A stretch of 64,000 nt of DNA from Candidatus Saccharimonadia bacterium. GTDB taxonomy: Bacteria > Patescibacteriota > Saccharimonadia > UBA4664 > JBBRNT01. The notes beneath the pieces are model-generated. The model was not told where the DNA came from. It made no database searches and saw only the letters and a program-made list of their open reading frames with translations. The DNA lies in assembly GCA_038230095.1 (NCBI GenBank), contig JBBRNT010000002.1, positions 37,341-101,340 of the forward strand. The letters are read 5' to 3'. The translations under genes and the position numbers were made by a program. Positions 48,480 to 58,695 of this stretch are shown here, in pieces. Numbering within the stretch: position 1 is the stretch's first letter; every line of letters begins with the position of its first letter.

Positions 48480-49625
48480 TTGACGCGAAGCAGGGCTGGC
48501 GGCTATAATAGTGCTGCCCGTAATAGCGAGGGTTACTTGCAATTTAATCCGAAAACCAAACGACTTGGCACGAGCCTACTTCTGGCTGGTGTTGTTTTGT
48601 TTTCTGCGGTGAGCCCTGTGCTAGCCGACCAATACGATGACAAGATTAATGCGCTTCGCCAGGGTATAGCGGCCAAGCGTAACACGGTGAACCAGCTTCA
48701 TTCGCAGACAAATACCCTGGCCAATAGCCTAGCTGAGATTAATGCCCAGATAGATGAGACAACTGCCCAGCTTGAGCTGACTCAGGCCCGCTACGATAAG
48801 ACCATGGCCGATATAGCTGAGACCAAAGCCTCGATAGCCAGCCAAAAAGCCTTGCTGAGTGAGAACCTGAAAACTATCTATACCCAATCGCAAGTGAGCA
48901 CTCTGGAAATGCTGGCCTCCAGCGAAAACTTCGGTGATTTCTTCGATCGACAACAGTACCTGCAGAACATTAAAGACCGTATCCAGGGCTCATTGGTCAC
49001 GCTCAATACCAAGAAAAGCCGCCTAGACGACGACCAGGCCCAACTAACAACGCTCATCAATCAGCAAAAGGGTCTTACCTACAGCCTTAGCCAGCAAAAG
49101 AGCCAGTCGGCTTCACTATTGGCCGAGACTCAAGGCCAAGAGGCAGCTTACCAAGCCAAGATTAGCACCGATGAGAAGGCTGTCTCAACCCTCAGGGCTC
49201 AACAGGCGGCGGAGATTGCGGCCCGGCAAAGCAAGGTGAACTACGGCGGCACCGGTGGCTACCCATGGTCCGGCTACTCCCTTGACGGCGGCGTGGACCC
49301 CTGGGGCTTCTACTACCGTGAGTGTACCTCGTACGTGGCATGGCGCCGGGCCAACCTGGGCCACCCCATACCCGCCTGGGGTCGCATGGGGCCAGCCAAT
49401 GCCAAGACCTGGGTGGGCTGGGCGCGTAACTTTGGTCTGCCAGTAGATGGCAGCGCCCGGGCCGGCGACGTGGCAGTGCTTACGGCTGGCCAGTACGGCC
49501 ACGTCATGATCGTAGAGGCAGTACTGGGCGGCGGGCTGATCAAGGTGAGCCAGTATAATGCCAGCTGGGATGGGCGCTACTCTGAGGCAATAATTTCGAC
49601 GTCCGGCCTGTATTTTATTCACTAA
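48480..49625 (+). CDS. Coiled-coil CHAP-domain peptidoglycan hydrolase (PcsB-like)
   Basis: Signal/TM, long coiled coil, C-terminal CHAP domain (YYRECTSYVAWRR...GHVMIVE). Lies immediately downstream of ftsEX. Confidence 0.75.
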   Translation: MTRSRAGGYNSAARNSEGYLQFNPKTKRLGTSLLLAGVVLFSAVSPVLADQYDDKINALRQGIAAKRNTVNQLHSQTNTLANSLAEINAQIDETTAQLELTQARYDKTMADIAETKASIASQKALLSENLKTIYTQSQVSTLEMLASSENFGDFFDRQQYLQNIKDRIQGSLVTLNTKKSRLDDDQAQLTTLINQQKGLTYSLSQQKSQSASLLAETQGQEAAYQAKISTDEKAVSTLRAQQAAEIAARQSKVNYGGTGGYPWSGYSLDGGVDPWGFYYRECTSYVAWRRANLGHPIPAWGRMGPANAKTWVGWARNFGLPVDGSARAGDVAVLTAGQYGHVMIVEAVLGGGLIKVSQYNASWDGRYSEAIISTSGLYFIH

Positions 49626-49637
49626 TAAGGAATTTGC

Positions 49638-50852
49638 ATGCAAGAACCAGAAGCAGTGGTAGCGGCCACTAGTAAGACCAGTGTTGTCCAAAAGTATTAT
49701 CGACCAGTCGGAGCCGTACTGGGTGCTGTGGTGCTCGTGCTCGGCGGATTTGTAGCCGGCCGGCAAACATCCTACCTGCCTATACCTTATCTGACGCCAA
49801 AATCGCCGGTAGGCTATACCAGTCTTGATACCATTGACGACCTGCTGCGTACCAAGTTTGATGGTAGCCTGGACGATGCCAAGCTGCTGGATGGTGCGAA
49901 GGCCGGACTGGTAGCCGCAGCGGGTGACCCATATACCGTCTACCTGGATGCTAAGGCAGCTAAGGAGCTAAGCGATGAACTCAATGGCTCGCTGTCTGGC
50001 ATTGGTGCGGAGATTGCCATTAAGAACAATAAGCTAACAGTAGTTGCGCCCATTTCGGATTCACCAGCTGCGAAAGCGGGCATCTTGGCGGGCGATGTTA
50101 TTGCTCTGATTGATGATAAGGACTCATCTGAACTGACACTCGACCAAGCGGTCGGAAAGATTCGCGGCAATGCAGGTACGACGGTGAAGCTGAAGATTGT
50201 ACGGACTGGCGTGGCGGAAGCATTCGACGTGACTATTACTCGGGCGCTTATTACGGTGCCAAGTGTGAAGTCCAGTATGAAGAACGGCAATGTAGGCTAT
50301 ATCCAGCTGACACGCTTTGGGCCAGACACTGGTACTAAGACAATTGAGGCGGCAGTGGCCTTGAAGAAGCAGGGTGCCACCAGAATTGTCCTCGACATGC
50401 GTAATAACCCAGGTGGCTATCTGGATGCAGGGGTGACAGTAGCCAGCCAGTTCCTGGATGCCGACAAGCTGGTGGTGGAGGAGCGCAAAAACGGCAAGTC
50501 GATCGATAAGCGGAACGCCGAGAGTGGTGGTGAGCTGCTGGGGCTGCCAACGGTAGTGCTTATTAATGGGGGGAGTGCCTCGGCTTCAGAGATTGTGGCA
50601 GGCGCATTACACGATAGCGCAGGTGCGAAGCTGGTAGGGGAGAAGAGCTTCGGCAAGGGAAGCGTGCAGGATATTACCAAGCTGGCGAGCGGTGCCGAGC
50701 TTAAAGTAACGATAGCACACTGGTACACCCCGAAGGGCGTGAATATTAACAAAGAAGGTATTGCGCCAGACGTAGAGGTGAAGATAACCCAGGCCGACCG
50801 CGATGCTGCGCGCGATCCACAACTGGATAAGGCGCTAGAGCTGCTGAAATAG
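49638..50852 (+). CDS. ctpA: C-terminal processing (S41, tail-specific) peptidase
   Basis: PDZ domain, S41 catalytic region (NNPGGYLDAG...GGSASASEI), N-terminal TM. Confidence 0.85.
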   Translation: MQEPEAVVAATSKTSVVQKYYRPVGAVLGAVVLVLGGFVAGRQTSYLPIPYLTPKSPVGYTSLDTIDDLLRTKFDGSLDDAKLLDGAKAGLVAAAGDPYTVYLDAKAAKELSDELNGSLSGIGAEIAIKNNKLTVVAPISDSPAAKAGILAGDVIALIDDKDSSELTLDQAVGKIRGNAGTTVKLKIVRTGVAEAFDVTITRALITVPSVKSSMKNGNVGYIQLTRFGPDTGTKTIEAAVALKKQGATRIVLDMRNNPGGYLDAGVTVASQFLDADKLVVEERKNGKSIDKRNAESGGELLGLPTVVLINGGSASASEIVAGALHDSAGAKLVGEKSFGKGSVQDITKLASGAELKVTIAHWYTPKGVNINKEGIAPDVEVKITQADRDAARDPQLDKALELLK

Positions 50853-50869
50853 GCAGTTTATAGCCCGGT

Positions 50870-50900
50870 AAAAGGCCGACCAGTATGGTCGGCCTTTTTG
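50870..50900 (+). terminator. Rho-independent terminator after ctpA
   Basis: aaaaggccgacc-agta-tggtcggcctttttg. Confidence 0.6.
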
Positions 50901-50979
50901 ATTGGCGCTTGGTGAGTAAAAAACAGGGTTGCCCCGCGTCCAGGCGATCGGCTATGATGATCTAAAGTACTGCTAATGC

Positions 50980-52605
50980 TTGAGGGGTTATAGGTTGGCT
51001 CGAACACGCCAGACCAAGTTTATCTTTGTGACCGGAGGAGTCTTGTCGGGACTGGGCAAGGGTATTACCGCCGCCTCCCTCGGAAATATCCTGAAAGCAC
51101 GCGGACTCAAAGTAAATCTACAGAAGTGTGACCCGTACCTGAATACCGATGCTGGTACGCTCAACCCGGCCGAGCATGGGGAGGTGTTTGTGACGCACGA
51201 TGGGGGCGAGACGGACCTGGACCTGGGCCATTATGAGCGGTTTCTAGGACAGCAGTTGGGCCGCACCAGCTCACTCATGAATGGTCGAGTGCTGGCGCGG
51301 GTGATTGCCGACGAGCGGGCGGGTAAGTACCTGGGCAAGACAGTTCAAATTATTCCGCATGTGACCAATGCTATGCAGGCGGAAATACTGGCGGCCGGTA
51401 GGGGCTTTGATGTGCATATTGTGGAGATTGGCGGGACGGTTGGGGACATAGAGAGCCTGGCATTTCTTGAGGCTATCCGCCAGCTGCGCCACAAGGTGGG
51501 TATAGGGAATGTTATCTACGTGCACGTAGTGTACTTGCCTTACCTGGAGGCTAGCAAGGAACTGAAGACAAAGCCGGCGCAAAACACGGTGAAAGACCTG
51601 CGTGAGTCGGGTATCCAGCCAGACATCGTAGCCTGCCGCTCTGAGCGTGACATACCGCGGGACCTGCTGGATAAGATTGCAATGTTTACCGATGTGAATC
51701 CAAAGGGGATAGTGGCGCTGCCGACGGCTAAGACTGTCTATGAAGTACCGCTCACCCTAGAAGCGGCAGGGCTTGGTGACTATGTGACCAAGCTCCTGGG
51801 CCTAGGACGGAAGAAGCCGCAACTGACCGAATGGCGTGAGCTGGTTGACACCATCCGTAACCACTCCTACCAGCACACGGTGCGGGTAGGAGTGGTGGCC
51901 AAGTATATGTCCCATGAAGATACTTATATGAGCGTGTTTGAGGCCCTCAAGGCCGCCGGCTGGGCGCACCAGGCGAAAGCTGAGATTGTCTGGGTCGATG
52001 CTGAGAAACTGACACCGGAGAACATTGGTACCCAGCTTGCAGGGATAGACGGCCTGGTGGTGCCCGGGGGCTTCGGTCCACGCGGTGCTGAGGGCAAGAT
52101 ACTGGCGGCAGCTTACGCTATGGACCACAATCTACCGTATTTGGGACTGTGCTTGGGCCTGCAGACGGCGGTGATTGCGCTGGCACGCAAAGTGGTGGGC
52201 GTCGATGCCAACTCGACCGAGATGGATCCCACTACCAAACACCCGGTGATACATATAATGGAGCAGCAAAAAGCGGTGACGGATCTAGGCGGGACCATGC
52301 GGCTCGGTGATTATCCTTGCATACTCGGCAGGGGGACCCTGGCGCACCGTGTATACGGTAAGAAGCGCATTATCGAGCGACACCGGCACCGCTATGAGGT
52401 CAATAATAAGTACCGGGCGCGCTTAGAGAAAGCTGGTATGGTATTTGGTGGGCTTTCACCAGACGGCCAACTGGTAGAGATGATCGAGATGGCCGGCCAC
52501 CCATACTTCCTGGCGAGCCAGGCTCATCCAGAGTTTACTTCGCGTCCGGGCCATCCCAACCCCATGTTTAGCGGCTTTGTGGCGGCGATGGTGAAGCTAG
52601 ACTAG
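50980..52605 (+). CDS. pyrG: CTP synthase
   Basis: KFIFVTGGVLSGLGKGITAASLG N-terminus, glutamine amidotransferase C-domain (GLCLGLQ, HRHRYEVN). TTG start at 50980 or 50995. Confidence 0.9.
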   Translation: MRGYRLARTRQTKFIFVTGGVLSGLGKGITAASLGNILKARGLKVNLQKCDPYLNTDAGTLNPAEHGEVFVTHDGGETDLDLGHYERFLGQQLGRTSSLMNGRVLARVIADERAGKYLGKTVQIIPHVTNAMQAEILAAGRGFDVHIVEIGGTVGDIESLAFLEAIRQLRHKVGIGNVIYVHVVYLPYLEASKELKTKPAQNTVKDLRESGIQPDIVACRSERDIPRDLLDKIAMFTDVNPKGIVALPTAKTVYEVPLTLEAAGLGDYVTKLLGLGRKKPQLTEWRELVDTIRNHSYQHTVRVGVVAKYMSHEDTYMSVFEALKAAGWAHQAKAEIVWVDAEKLTPENIGTQLAGIDGLVVPGGFGPRGAEGKILAAAYAMDHNLPYLGLCLGLQTAVIALARKVVGVDANSTEMDPTTKHPVIHIMEQQKAVTDLGGTMRLGDYPCILGRGTLAHRVYGKKRIIERHRHRYEVNNKYRARLEKAGMVFGGLSPDGQLVEMIEMAGHPYFLASQAHPEFTSRPGHPNPMFSGFVAAMVKLD

Positions 52606-52622
52606 TAGACTTGCTCGGTATT

Positions 52623-52652
52623 AAAAAAAGACCCCTTTGGGGTCTTTTTTTA
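52623..52652. terminator. Bidirectional terminator between pyrG (+) and rpmA (-)
   Basis: aaaaaaagacccc-tttg-gggtcttttttt. Confidence 0.6.
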
Positions 52653-52667
52653 ATGGGTCAGGTAGAG

Positions 52668-52940
52668 TTATTCGACCGAGACGATGGTGCGGGTGACTTT
52701 GGCGCCAGTGAAACGGGTGATTTGGCGCTTGGCAAAGCCGACTACGCCTGGGCGGGTAGCATGGATGGTGTGGTCGGTAGAGACCAGGGTGCCTGGGCCA
52801 GCAATCATCTTGGTGCCGCGTTGGCGTACAACGATAGCTCCGGTGGTAACCTTCTGGCCGCCAAAGGCTTTGACACCGAGGCGCTGGCTATTACTGTCGC
52901 GGCCGAGTTTGGTAGAGCCGCCGGCTTTAGTATGTGACAT
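52668..52940 (-). CDS. rpmA: 50S ribosomal protein L27
   Basis: MSHTKAGGSTKLGRDSNSQRLGVK is canonical L27. Confidence 0.9.
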   Translation of the reverse strand: MSHTKAGGSTKLGRDSNSQRLGVKAFGGQKVTTGAIVVRQRGTKMIAGPGTLVSTDHTIHATRPGVVGFAKRQITRFTGAKVTRTIVSVE

Positions 52941-54071
52941 TTAGTTCTTCCTTAGGATTAATAGCGCACGTCCGACAAATTGTCCGTCCCGGTGATACAC
53001 CAGAGGAGATTTGGCGTGTACAAACTGGACTTGATTGTACCCTAATTCGGCAATTTGGTCAACGACTTCCGGGGTAATAAAGCGGTTTTGGACGCGCCAG
53101 GCGGGTAGGCACAGCACGACGCGCGCGCCAGATGCTAGCTGAGGAGCAAAATTGGCCAGGCTTTTGGCTACCAGATGCCGGAGATCGCCCTGCATTTTAG
53201 CAAGCTCGCCTGGGGTGGGCGTAGCGGAAAGGGCTGGTCCGAGATAGCCTTCTGAGGCAATAGCGACACCGGTGGGAAACTTGACGTGCTTGGCGTCGGC
53301 TAGCGTAACGCTGAACCGGGGCAGGGGAGTTGGGGTCTGCTCCGCGAGCCAATCTAGATTGGATTGTGCAGCTTTGACCATAGCTGGGTCAATATCGCTC
53401 CCGCCGGCCGGCTTAGCCATAAGTAGGGCCTCCTGAAGCACTACACCGCTACCACAGAATGGATCGTAGATGTGGGTAGCGGATGCCAGATTGACAAGGA
53501 TCTGGGCAAGCTTGGGAGGTAGCATGCCCACGCGGGCGTCACGCCCCGGGCGTGCCTGGTCGCGCTCAGTGTAGGCATCTATGTCTTGCACGGCGGCGGT
53601 AACAGCAGTAATAATCTCCCCGCCGTGGGCGGCAATGATAATTTCGAAGCCGCGGCCCGGGATATGGTTGTACTTGAGCTGTGCTGCCGTCATGGCCGTA
53701 GCGCCGTCTTTCGGCGCGACGAAACGAACACTACGGCCGCTGGCCTTCAGTAGCTTCTTAGCCGTGAGACCCAGCGCAGTAATACGACCAGCGGTAACGC
53801 GCAGGCCATAGACGCTAATACCGAAATCAAAGCTGCCATCCCCAGCGCCGGCGATTGCCCCCCAATCGATCGCCAGATCATCTAGCGACTTGGCGGAGAC
53901 GCGGTCAACTACCTGGGCGAGCTTGATCGTGCCACCGAGATCGGGGAGGAGTGGAAGTGTGTCTAGCAGGGCATTGGCACCAAAAGGTAGCATGTGATCC
54001 GCGCCCACAATGCTTTCTAATTCAGCCAAACCAAATTCGGGCTGACGCCCTAGAACAGCAAGATATTTCAT
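52941..54071 (-). CDS. THUMP-domain class-I SAM-dependent RNA (tRNA guanine-N2-type) methyltransferase
   Basis: N-terminal THUMP-like region, SAM motif I (DPFCGSGVVLQEA). Co-directional with rpmA, with stop and start immediately adjacent. Confidence 0.65.
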   Translation of the reverse strand: MKYLAVLGRQPEFGLAELESIVGADHMLPFGANALLDTLPLLPDLGGTIKLAQVVDRVSAKSLDDLAIDWGAIAGAGDGSFDFGISVYGLRVTAGRITALGLTAKKLLKASGRSVRFVAPKDGATAMTAAQLKYNHIPGRGFEIIIAAHGGEIITAVTAAVQDIDAYTERDQARPGRDARVGMLPPKLAQILVNLASATHIYDPFCGSGVVLQEALLMAKPAGGSDIDPAMVKAAQSNLDWLAEQTPTPLPRFSVTLADAKHVKFPTGVAIASEGYLGPALSATPTPGELAKMQGDLRHLVAKSLANFAPQLASGARVVLCLPAWRVQNRFITPEVVDQIAELGYNQVQFVHAKSPLVYHRDGQFVGRALLILRKN

Positions 54072-54109
54072 GACTACATTCTACCATCGACTGATATAAT
54101 AAGCTCAGT

Positions 54110-55117
54110 ATGAATTTCCGTCGTCTCATGTTGTACATCAGCCTACTTGCGCTCGCTATTCTAGTGGCTTTGAATATGAGCCGGCTGGAGCAATTTGTGG
54201 TAGCGTTGTCAGGCCTGCGTTGGTACATGCTGCTGGCGGTGATTGTAGTGCAGCTCTATAGCTACTATACCAACGCTAAGTACTACCAGGAGATACTCCG
54301 CTTGTTCGGCTACGAGCTAGGTATCGGGGCGCTGTACGAGGCCAGCTTAGCAGTTAATTTCGTCAATCAGGCCTTTCCTGCCGGTGGGTTGACTGGTATT
54401 TCTTATCTGAACAAGCGGTTTGAGGGCCAGGTGCCAGCTGGGAAGCTGTCGCTAGCCCAGCTTATGCGCTATGGGTTTACGGTGGTGTCCTACTTTACCA
54501 TTCTGGTACCAGCATTTATCGTCTTGTTTTTTGGTGGTGACTTGCAGCGATTGGGCTCACGTCTGACGCTATTTATCCTGGTAATTATCCTCGTTATCAG
54601 TGCCACTGCGGTTATCCTTATCCGTGATCGGACGGTGCTGACACGGTTTGCTCACTGGGTAGTGGCTCGCCTTAATGCCCTCCATAAGCGTATACGTCCA
54701 AAGGCCAAAAAAGGCCTGGTACCGGCGGCGCGGGTGGATCACTTTATTGCAGAGTTCTATCACGGCTATGAGCAGTTTCTGGAACGTAAGGGGCACTGGC
54801 GAAAGCCATTTTTGCAGAGCCTGGGCGGTAACTTGGCGGAGGTGGCGACTATCTGGCTGGTGTTTGTGGCGCTAGGGCAGTACCTGAACCTGGGCTCGCT
54901 GATCGCGGCCTACACACTGGCCAACCTGGCTAGCTTAGTGAGCCCGCTAACCGGCGGAGCCGGAGTGTATGAGGCTACCATGGTGGCTACATTCGTGGGG
55001 TCCGGCGTGCCATTTGCGGTGGCCTTCACTGGTACCCTGATCTACCGTGTGTTTAATATGGCTGTGTTCTTACCAATTGGCTTCTTTTTCTATCAGAGAT
55101 CGCTCAAACATGGATAG
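54110..55117 (+). CDS. UPF0104 / LPG-synthase-TM (flippase-like) family membrane protein
   Basis: Eight TM helices and a C-terminal GGAGVYE motif typical of the family. Confidence 0.55.
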   Translation: MNFRRLMLYISLLALAILVALNMSRLEQFVVALSGLRWYMLLAVIVVQLYSYYTNAKYYQEILRLFGYELGIGALYEASLAVNFVNQAFPAGGLTGISYLNKRFEGQVPAGKLSLAQLMRYGFTVVSYFTILVPAFIVLFFGGDLQRLGSRLTLFILVIILVISATAVILIRDRTVLTRFAHWVVARLNALHKRIRPKAKKGLVPAARVDHFIAEFYHGYEQFLERKGHWRKPFLQSLGGNLAEVATIWLVFVALGQYLNLGSLIAAYTLANLASLVSPLTGGAGVYEATMVATFVGSGVPFAVAFTGTLIYRVFNMAVFLPIGFFFYQRSLKHG

Positions 55118-56267
55118 CCAGGTAATCTCAGTTAAAGAATTTGTCGCTATTCTGAACGACACGCTGGTCTTTGCTTTTCCCAGCGTTATGCTCGAGGGGG
55201 AGGTCTCGGGCTATAAGGTAAGCCAGGGCAAGTGGGTCTTCTTTGATCTAAAAGACGATGAAGCCACTATTAGCTGCTTCATGCCAATTTACCAGCTGAA
55301 AGTACCGCTAGAAGACGGTATGCGAGTACGCGTAGGCGGTAGCCCCAAGCTGACGAACTGGGGCAAGTTTAGCTTCACCGCACGGACGGTAGAGCTGGCG
55401 GGTGAGGGCGAGCTCCGGCGGGCGTTTGAACTGCTGAAGGCCAAGCTAAGCGGCGAAGGGCTGTTTGCTAGCGAGCGTAAGCGCGCCTTGCCACTGTACC
55501 CGAAACGGATTGGACTGATCACCTCAGGAACATCAGCAGCCTATGCAGACTTTACCAAGATTCTCTCCGCCCGGTGGGGTGGTCTTGATGTACTGCTCGC
55601 AGATGTGGCAGTGCAAGGGGCATCGGCACCAGACCTACTGGTAGGGGCTGTGCGCTACTTTGATGAGCTAGCAATCCCTCCAGACGTGGTGGTAATGATC
55701 CGTGGTGGCGGTAGCCTCGAGGATTTGCAGGCATTTAATACTGAGGCCGTGGCGCGCGCGGTGGCTGCCAGCCGGGCTCCGATTGTGGTGGGGGTGGGTC
55801 ACGAGGTAGACACCAGCCTGGCCGATCTAGCGGCCGATGTACGCGCGGCTACTCCTACCGATGCTGCACGACTGGTAGTTCGGGACCGTAGTGAGGTAGC
55901 CGCGGCGCTGGATGGCCACTATCGGCGGATGGATACAGTGCTGGACCGCAGCCTAGCGGCAAATGCAGCTCAACTGGAGCGCGCGCTGGCGGTGCTAACG
56001 CGCTTTCTGGCTCGGCCCGCAGAGCAGCTGGCCAGACTGGAGCAGGGGCTACTGGCCTGGCAAAGCCGTCGTCTGAGCGAGACACGGAGTCGGCTGCAGC
56101 TGCTGGAACGCGTGCTGGCCAGCTATGATCCTCGGGCGGTGCTCGGCCGCGGCTACGCCATAGTGCGGCGAGGCGGGGAAGTGGTGCGGGACCCAGCCGA
56201 TGTGCCCAGCGGCGCACCACTCATGATAGAATTAGCTAAAGGCAATCTCGAGGTAACAAACAGATGA
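55110..56267 (+). CDS. xseA: Exodeoxyribonuclease VII large subunit
   Basis: N-terminal OB fold (VSGYKVSQGKWVFFDLKDDEA..) and catalytic domain (GLITSGTSAAYADF, IRGGGS.EDL). Confidence 0.85.
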   Translation: MDSQVISVKEFVAILNDTLVFAFPSVMLEGEVSGYKVSQGKWVFFDLKDDEATISCFMPIYQLKVPLEDGMRVRVGGSPKLTNWGKFSFTARTVELAGEGELRRAFELLKAKLSGEGLFASERKRALPLYPKRIGLITSGTSAAYADFTKILSARWGGLDVLLADVAVQGASAPDLLVGAVRYFDELAIPPDVVVMIRGGGSLEDLQAFNTEAVARAVAASRAPIVVGVGHEVDTSLADLAADVRAATPTDAARLVVRDRSEVAAALDGHYRRMDTVLDRSLAANAAQLERALAVLTRFLARPAEQLARLEQGLLAWQSRRLSETRSRLQLLERVLASYDPRAVLGRGYAIVRRGGEVVRDPADVPSGAPLMIELAKGNLEVTNR

Positions 56268-56608
56268 CTAAACAACCCAACCCACAATCCGGCGCCATCC
56301 CGTTTGGCCAGGGCCTGACTGAGCTCGAGCAGATCACCGCCTGGTTTGAGAGTGACACTATTGACCTAGACGATGGTGTAGCCAAGTTTGAGCGTGGCCT
56401 GAGCCTGATTGCTCAGTTGCGGGGTCAACTGGAGGTGGTGGAAAATAGAGTGGAGAAGATACGGGCTGATTTTGCCTTGGGCGGGCAGGCTGGTGAGATA
56501 GGCTTTCTGAAAGAGCCTGAGCCAGCGGTGGCTGCGCCGCGTCGCAAGCCGGCCTCTAGTGATGCTGAAGCGTCGACGCCTGATAGTCCAGCGCTTTTCG
56601 ACCTATGA
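56264..56608 (+). CDS. xseB: Exodeoxyribonuclease VII small subunit
   Basis: FEQGLTELEQITAWFES..IDLDDGVAKFERGLSL is the canonical XseB helix. Overlaps xseA. Confidence 0.8.
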   Translation: MTKQPNPQSGAIPFGQGLTELEQITAWFESDTIDLDDGVAKFERGLSLIAQLRGQLEVVENRVEKIRADFALGGQAGEIGFLKEPEPAVAAPRRKPASSDAEASTPDSPALFDL

Positions 56609-57105
56609 TCTGGGTAGCTTTGGGGGCCTTGGTATTTGCAATTATTGTTGGACTCGGCGCGCTGACAGGCGCACCGTATCTACCTATCCTAGCGGCTGAG
56701 CGTGAGAGGGTGCTAGATGAGCTTGGCTTTGCCGCCGGGCAGACGCTGCTCGATCTAGGGAGCGGCGACGGTACCATGCTGCTAGCCGTAGCTCGGCGCG
56801 GTGGGGTGGCTATTGGGATAGAAATAAACCCATTCTGGTGGCTGGTATCGGTGCTACGCACCCGACGGTACCGGGGGCAGATCCAGGTCTATCTGGGCAG
56901 CTTCTGGGACCGCCAGTGGCCAGCCGCTGACGTAGTCTATGTGTTCTTGATTGCCAGGTTTACAGCGAAGCTCGAGCAGGAGTGTGCGGTACGACTGAAA
57001 CAAACAACTACGCTTGCCAGCTATGGTTTTGCCCTGCCACAGGTGCGCGCGCAACGACAGAACGGTGCGTTGTATCTGTACCAGTACCCGTTAGACGGGC
57101 GGTAG
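56605..57105 (+). CDS. Small membrane-anchored class-I SAM methyltransferase
   Basis: N-terminal TM, motif I LDLGSGDG. Confidence 0.55.
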   Translation: MIWVALGALVFAIIVGLGALTGAPYLPILAAERERVLDELGFAAGQTLLDLGSGDGTMLLAVARRGGVAIGIEINPFWWLVSVLRTRRYRGQIQVYLGSFWDRQWPAADVVYVFLIARFTAKLEQECAVRLKQTTTLASYGFALPQVRAQRQNGALYLYQYPLDGR

Positions 57106-57141
57106 GTTGCCCTGTTCGCCCAAAGCCCTTATGATGCTTGT

Positions 57142-57825
57142 ATGAGCACCCCCGCTAGTCCCATTATCCCAAATGTTGCTGGGCTACCCAATGTCCCCCG
57201 GCAAAGACGGTCAAACCCGACGGTAATTATAGCGGTGCTAGGTGCCGCTGCTTTTCTGTTCCTGGCGCTATGGATTGTAGCATTACTACAGGCCTCATCG
57301 GGGGCAAATGACGCCAAGATAGCACACCAGCAGGGCGTGTCCGAAGGCCAGGCGACCCAAGCTAAGACGGATGAGGACAAGCTTAATACCTTGGTGAACT
57401 CGCCGTATAAGTCTTACGTGGCGCCGGCGGTTTATGGTGGTCTTGAGGTGAAGTACCCCAAGACCTGGAACGCGCTGGTGACGGAGAATACCACTGGAGC
57501 TACGCTGTCACTCATCCTGCACCCAGACATTCTTACGGCCGCTAACAATACCAAGGCAGCAACCCGGATTCTGGTAACTCAGAACCTCATTGATACCGTG
57601 CTCAAGGCCTACCAGGACAAAGTGAAGAAGGGCACGCTCAAGAGCCAGACTGTCATAGTATCTGGCATATCCGCAACGCGGCTGGAGGGCTCGTTCGATG
57701 GTAAAACCCAAGCAGCTATTACCTATATACCGGTACGCGACAAGGTGATCGCCATCTATTGCGATGACGTCCAGTACATTAGTGCCTACAACGACATTGT
57801 GGCGCAGTTTAAAGTGAACCCGTAA
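57142..57825 (+). CDS. Hypothetical membrane-anchored or secreted protein
   Basis: Single N-terminal TM after a basic stretch. No other motif. Confidence 0.4.
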   Translation: MSTPASPIIPNVAGLPNVPRQRRSNPTVIIAVLGAAAFLFLALWIVALLQASSGANDAKIAHQQGVSEGQATQAKTDEDKLNTLVNSPYKSYVAPAVYGGLEVKYPKTWNALVTENTTGATLSLILHPDILTAANNTKAATRILVTQNLIDTVLKAYQDKVKKGTLKSQTVIVSGISATRLEGSFDGKTQAAITYIPVRDKVIAIYCDDVQYISAYNDIVAQFKVNP

Positions 57826-57829
57826 CACA

Positions 57830-58651
57830 GTGCTGGGGGTTATGCGCCGTCACTGGTTTGCGTTGCTCTCGTTCTTAGTTGTACTCGCTCTAGCAGCCGG
57901 GGGGTACTATCTGATGCATACCTGGATATGGCCCTACAGCACCCGCTATAACGCCAATGCGAAGCTGTCTACCACGCCGAACGGCACTACGGATACCAGT
58001 ACACCCGGACAGTCGGTGCCGGCCTCGAGCCAGGTAGCGCGGAGTGTGCTGCTGGTGCCACTGACTGCCACCGCCACTGTGAGCGCAGACTTTGCCGCAC
58101 CAGTAAGCTTTCGGGTAGACATTGTTGATGGTAATGGGCAAGTAGTGCAAGGTGCGGCCGAGACTGTGACGCTCTCAAGCTCCTCGGGTAGTGGCCAGTT
58201 TGACAGTGGTGTAGCGGCGCTCCTTCCAGACGGCCTCCAGAGCCGGATTATTAAGTACAAGGATACGGTGGCTACGAAGTCGACTATCGGTGCATTTGTT
58301 TCTGGGCTGACTGGCTCAAGTCTGGTGGTAGTTACGGTGGCCGGCCCACCAAGCCGACTTAGCGAGATTGCCCCCGCGGTCGGACACCCGAGAAGCGGCG
58401 TACAGATCAGCTATGGCGTAGTGGCGGAAGACGCATTGGGCAATGTCGTGAACAGCGGCGATGTGACGTGGAAAGTAGCGGGCCAGAATGGTTCTAGTAC
58501 GACCAGTATTACGGTAAATGCCAGCGTGGACCCCACCGGCCATAGCTACATGAAGTATACGGCCGAGCAGAGCGATGTGGGTGGTACGTACGTGGTAGAA
58601 GCTAGACTCGGTAGCGACGTCAGGCACCTGACGATTAACCCAACCAACTAA
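57830..58651 (+). CDS. Hypothetical membrane-anchored protein (beta-rich extracellular region)
   Basis: N-terminal TM. Ser/Thr/Val-rich region suggestive of Ig-like repeats. Confidence 0.4.
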   Translation: MLGVMRRHWFALLSFLVVLALAAGGYYLMHTWIWPYSTRYNANAKLSTTPNGTTDTSTPGQSVPASSQVARSVLLVPLTATATVSADFAAPVSFRVDIVDGNGQVVQGAAETVTLSSSSGSGQFDSGVAALLPDGLQSRIIKYKDTVATKSTIGAFVSGLTGSSLVVVTVAGPPSRLSEIAPAVGHPRSGVQISYGVVAEDALGNVVNSGDVTWKVAGQNGSSTTSITVNASVDPTGHSYMKYTAEQSDVGGTYVVEARLGSDVRHLTINPTN

Positions 58652-58695
58652 TGCTTGAGACGCGCTTCGGCGGCGTGCTACGCTAGTGGTAATAA

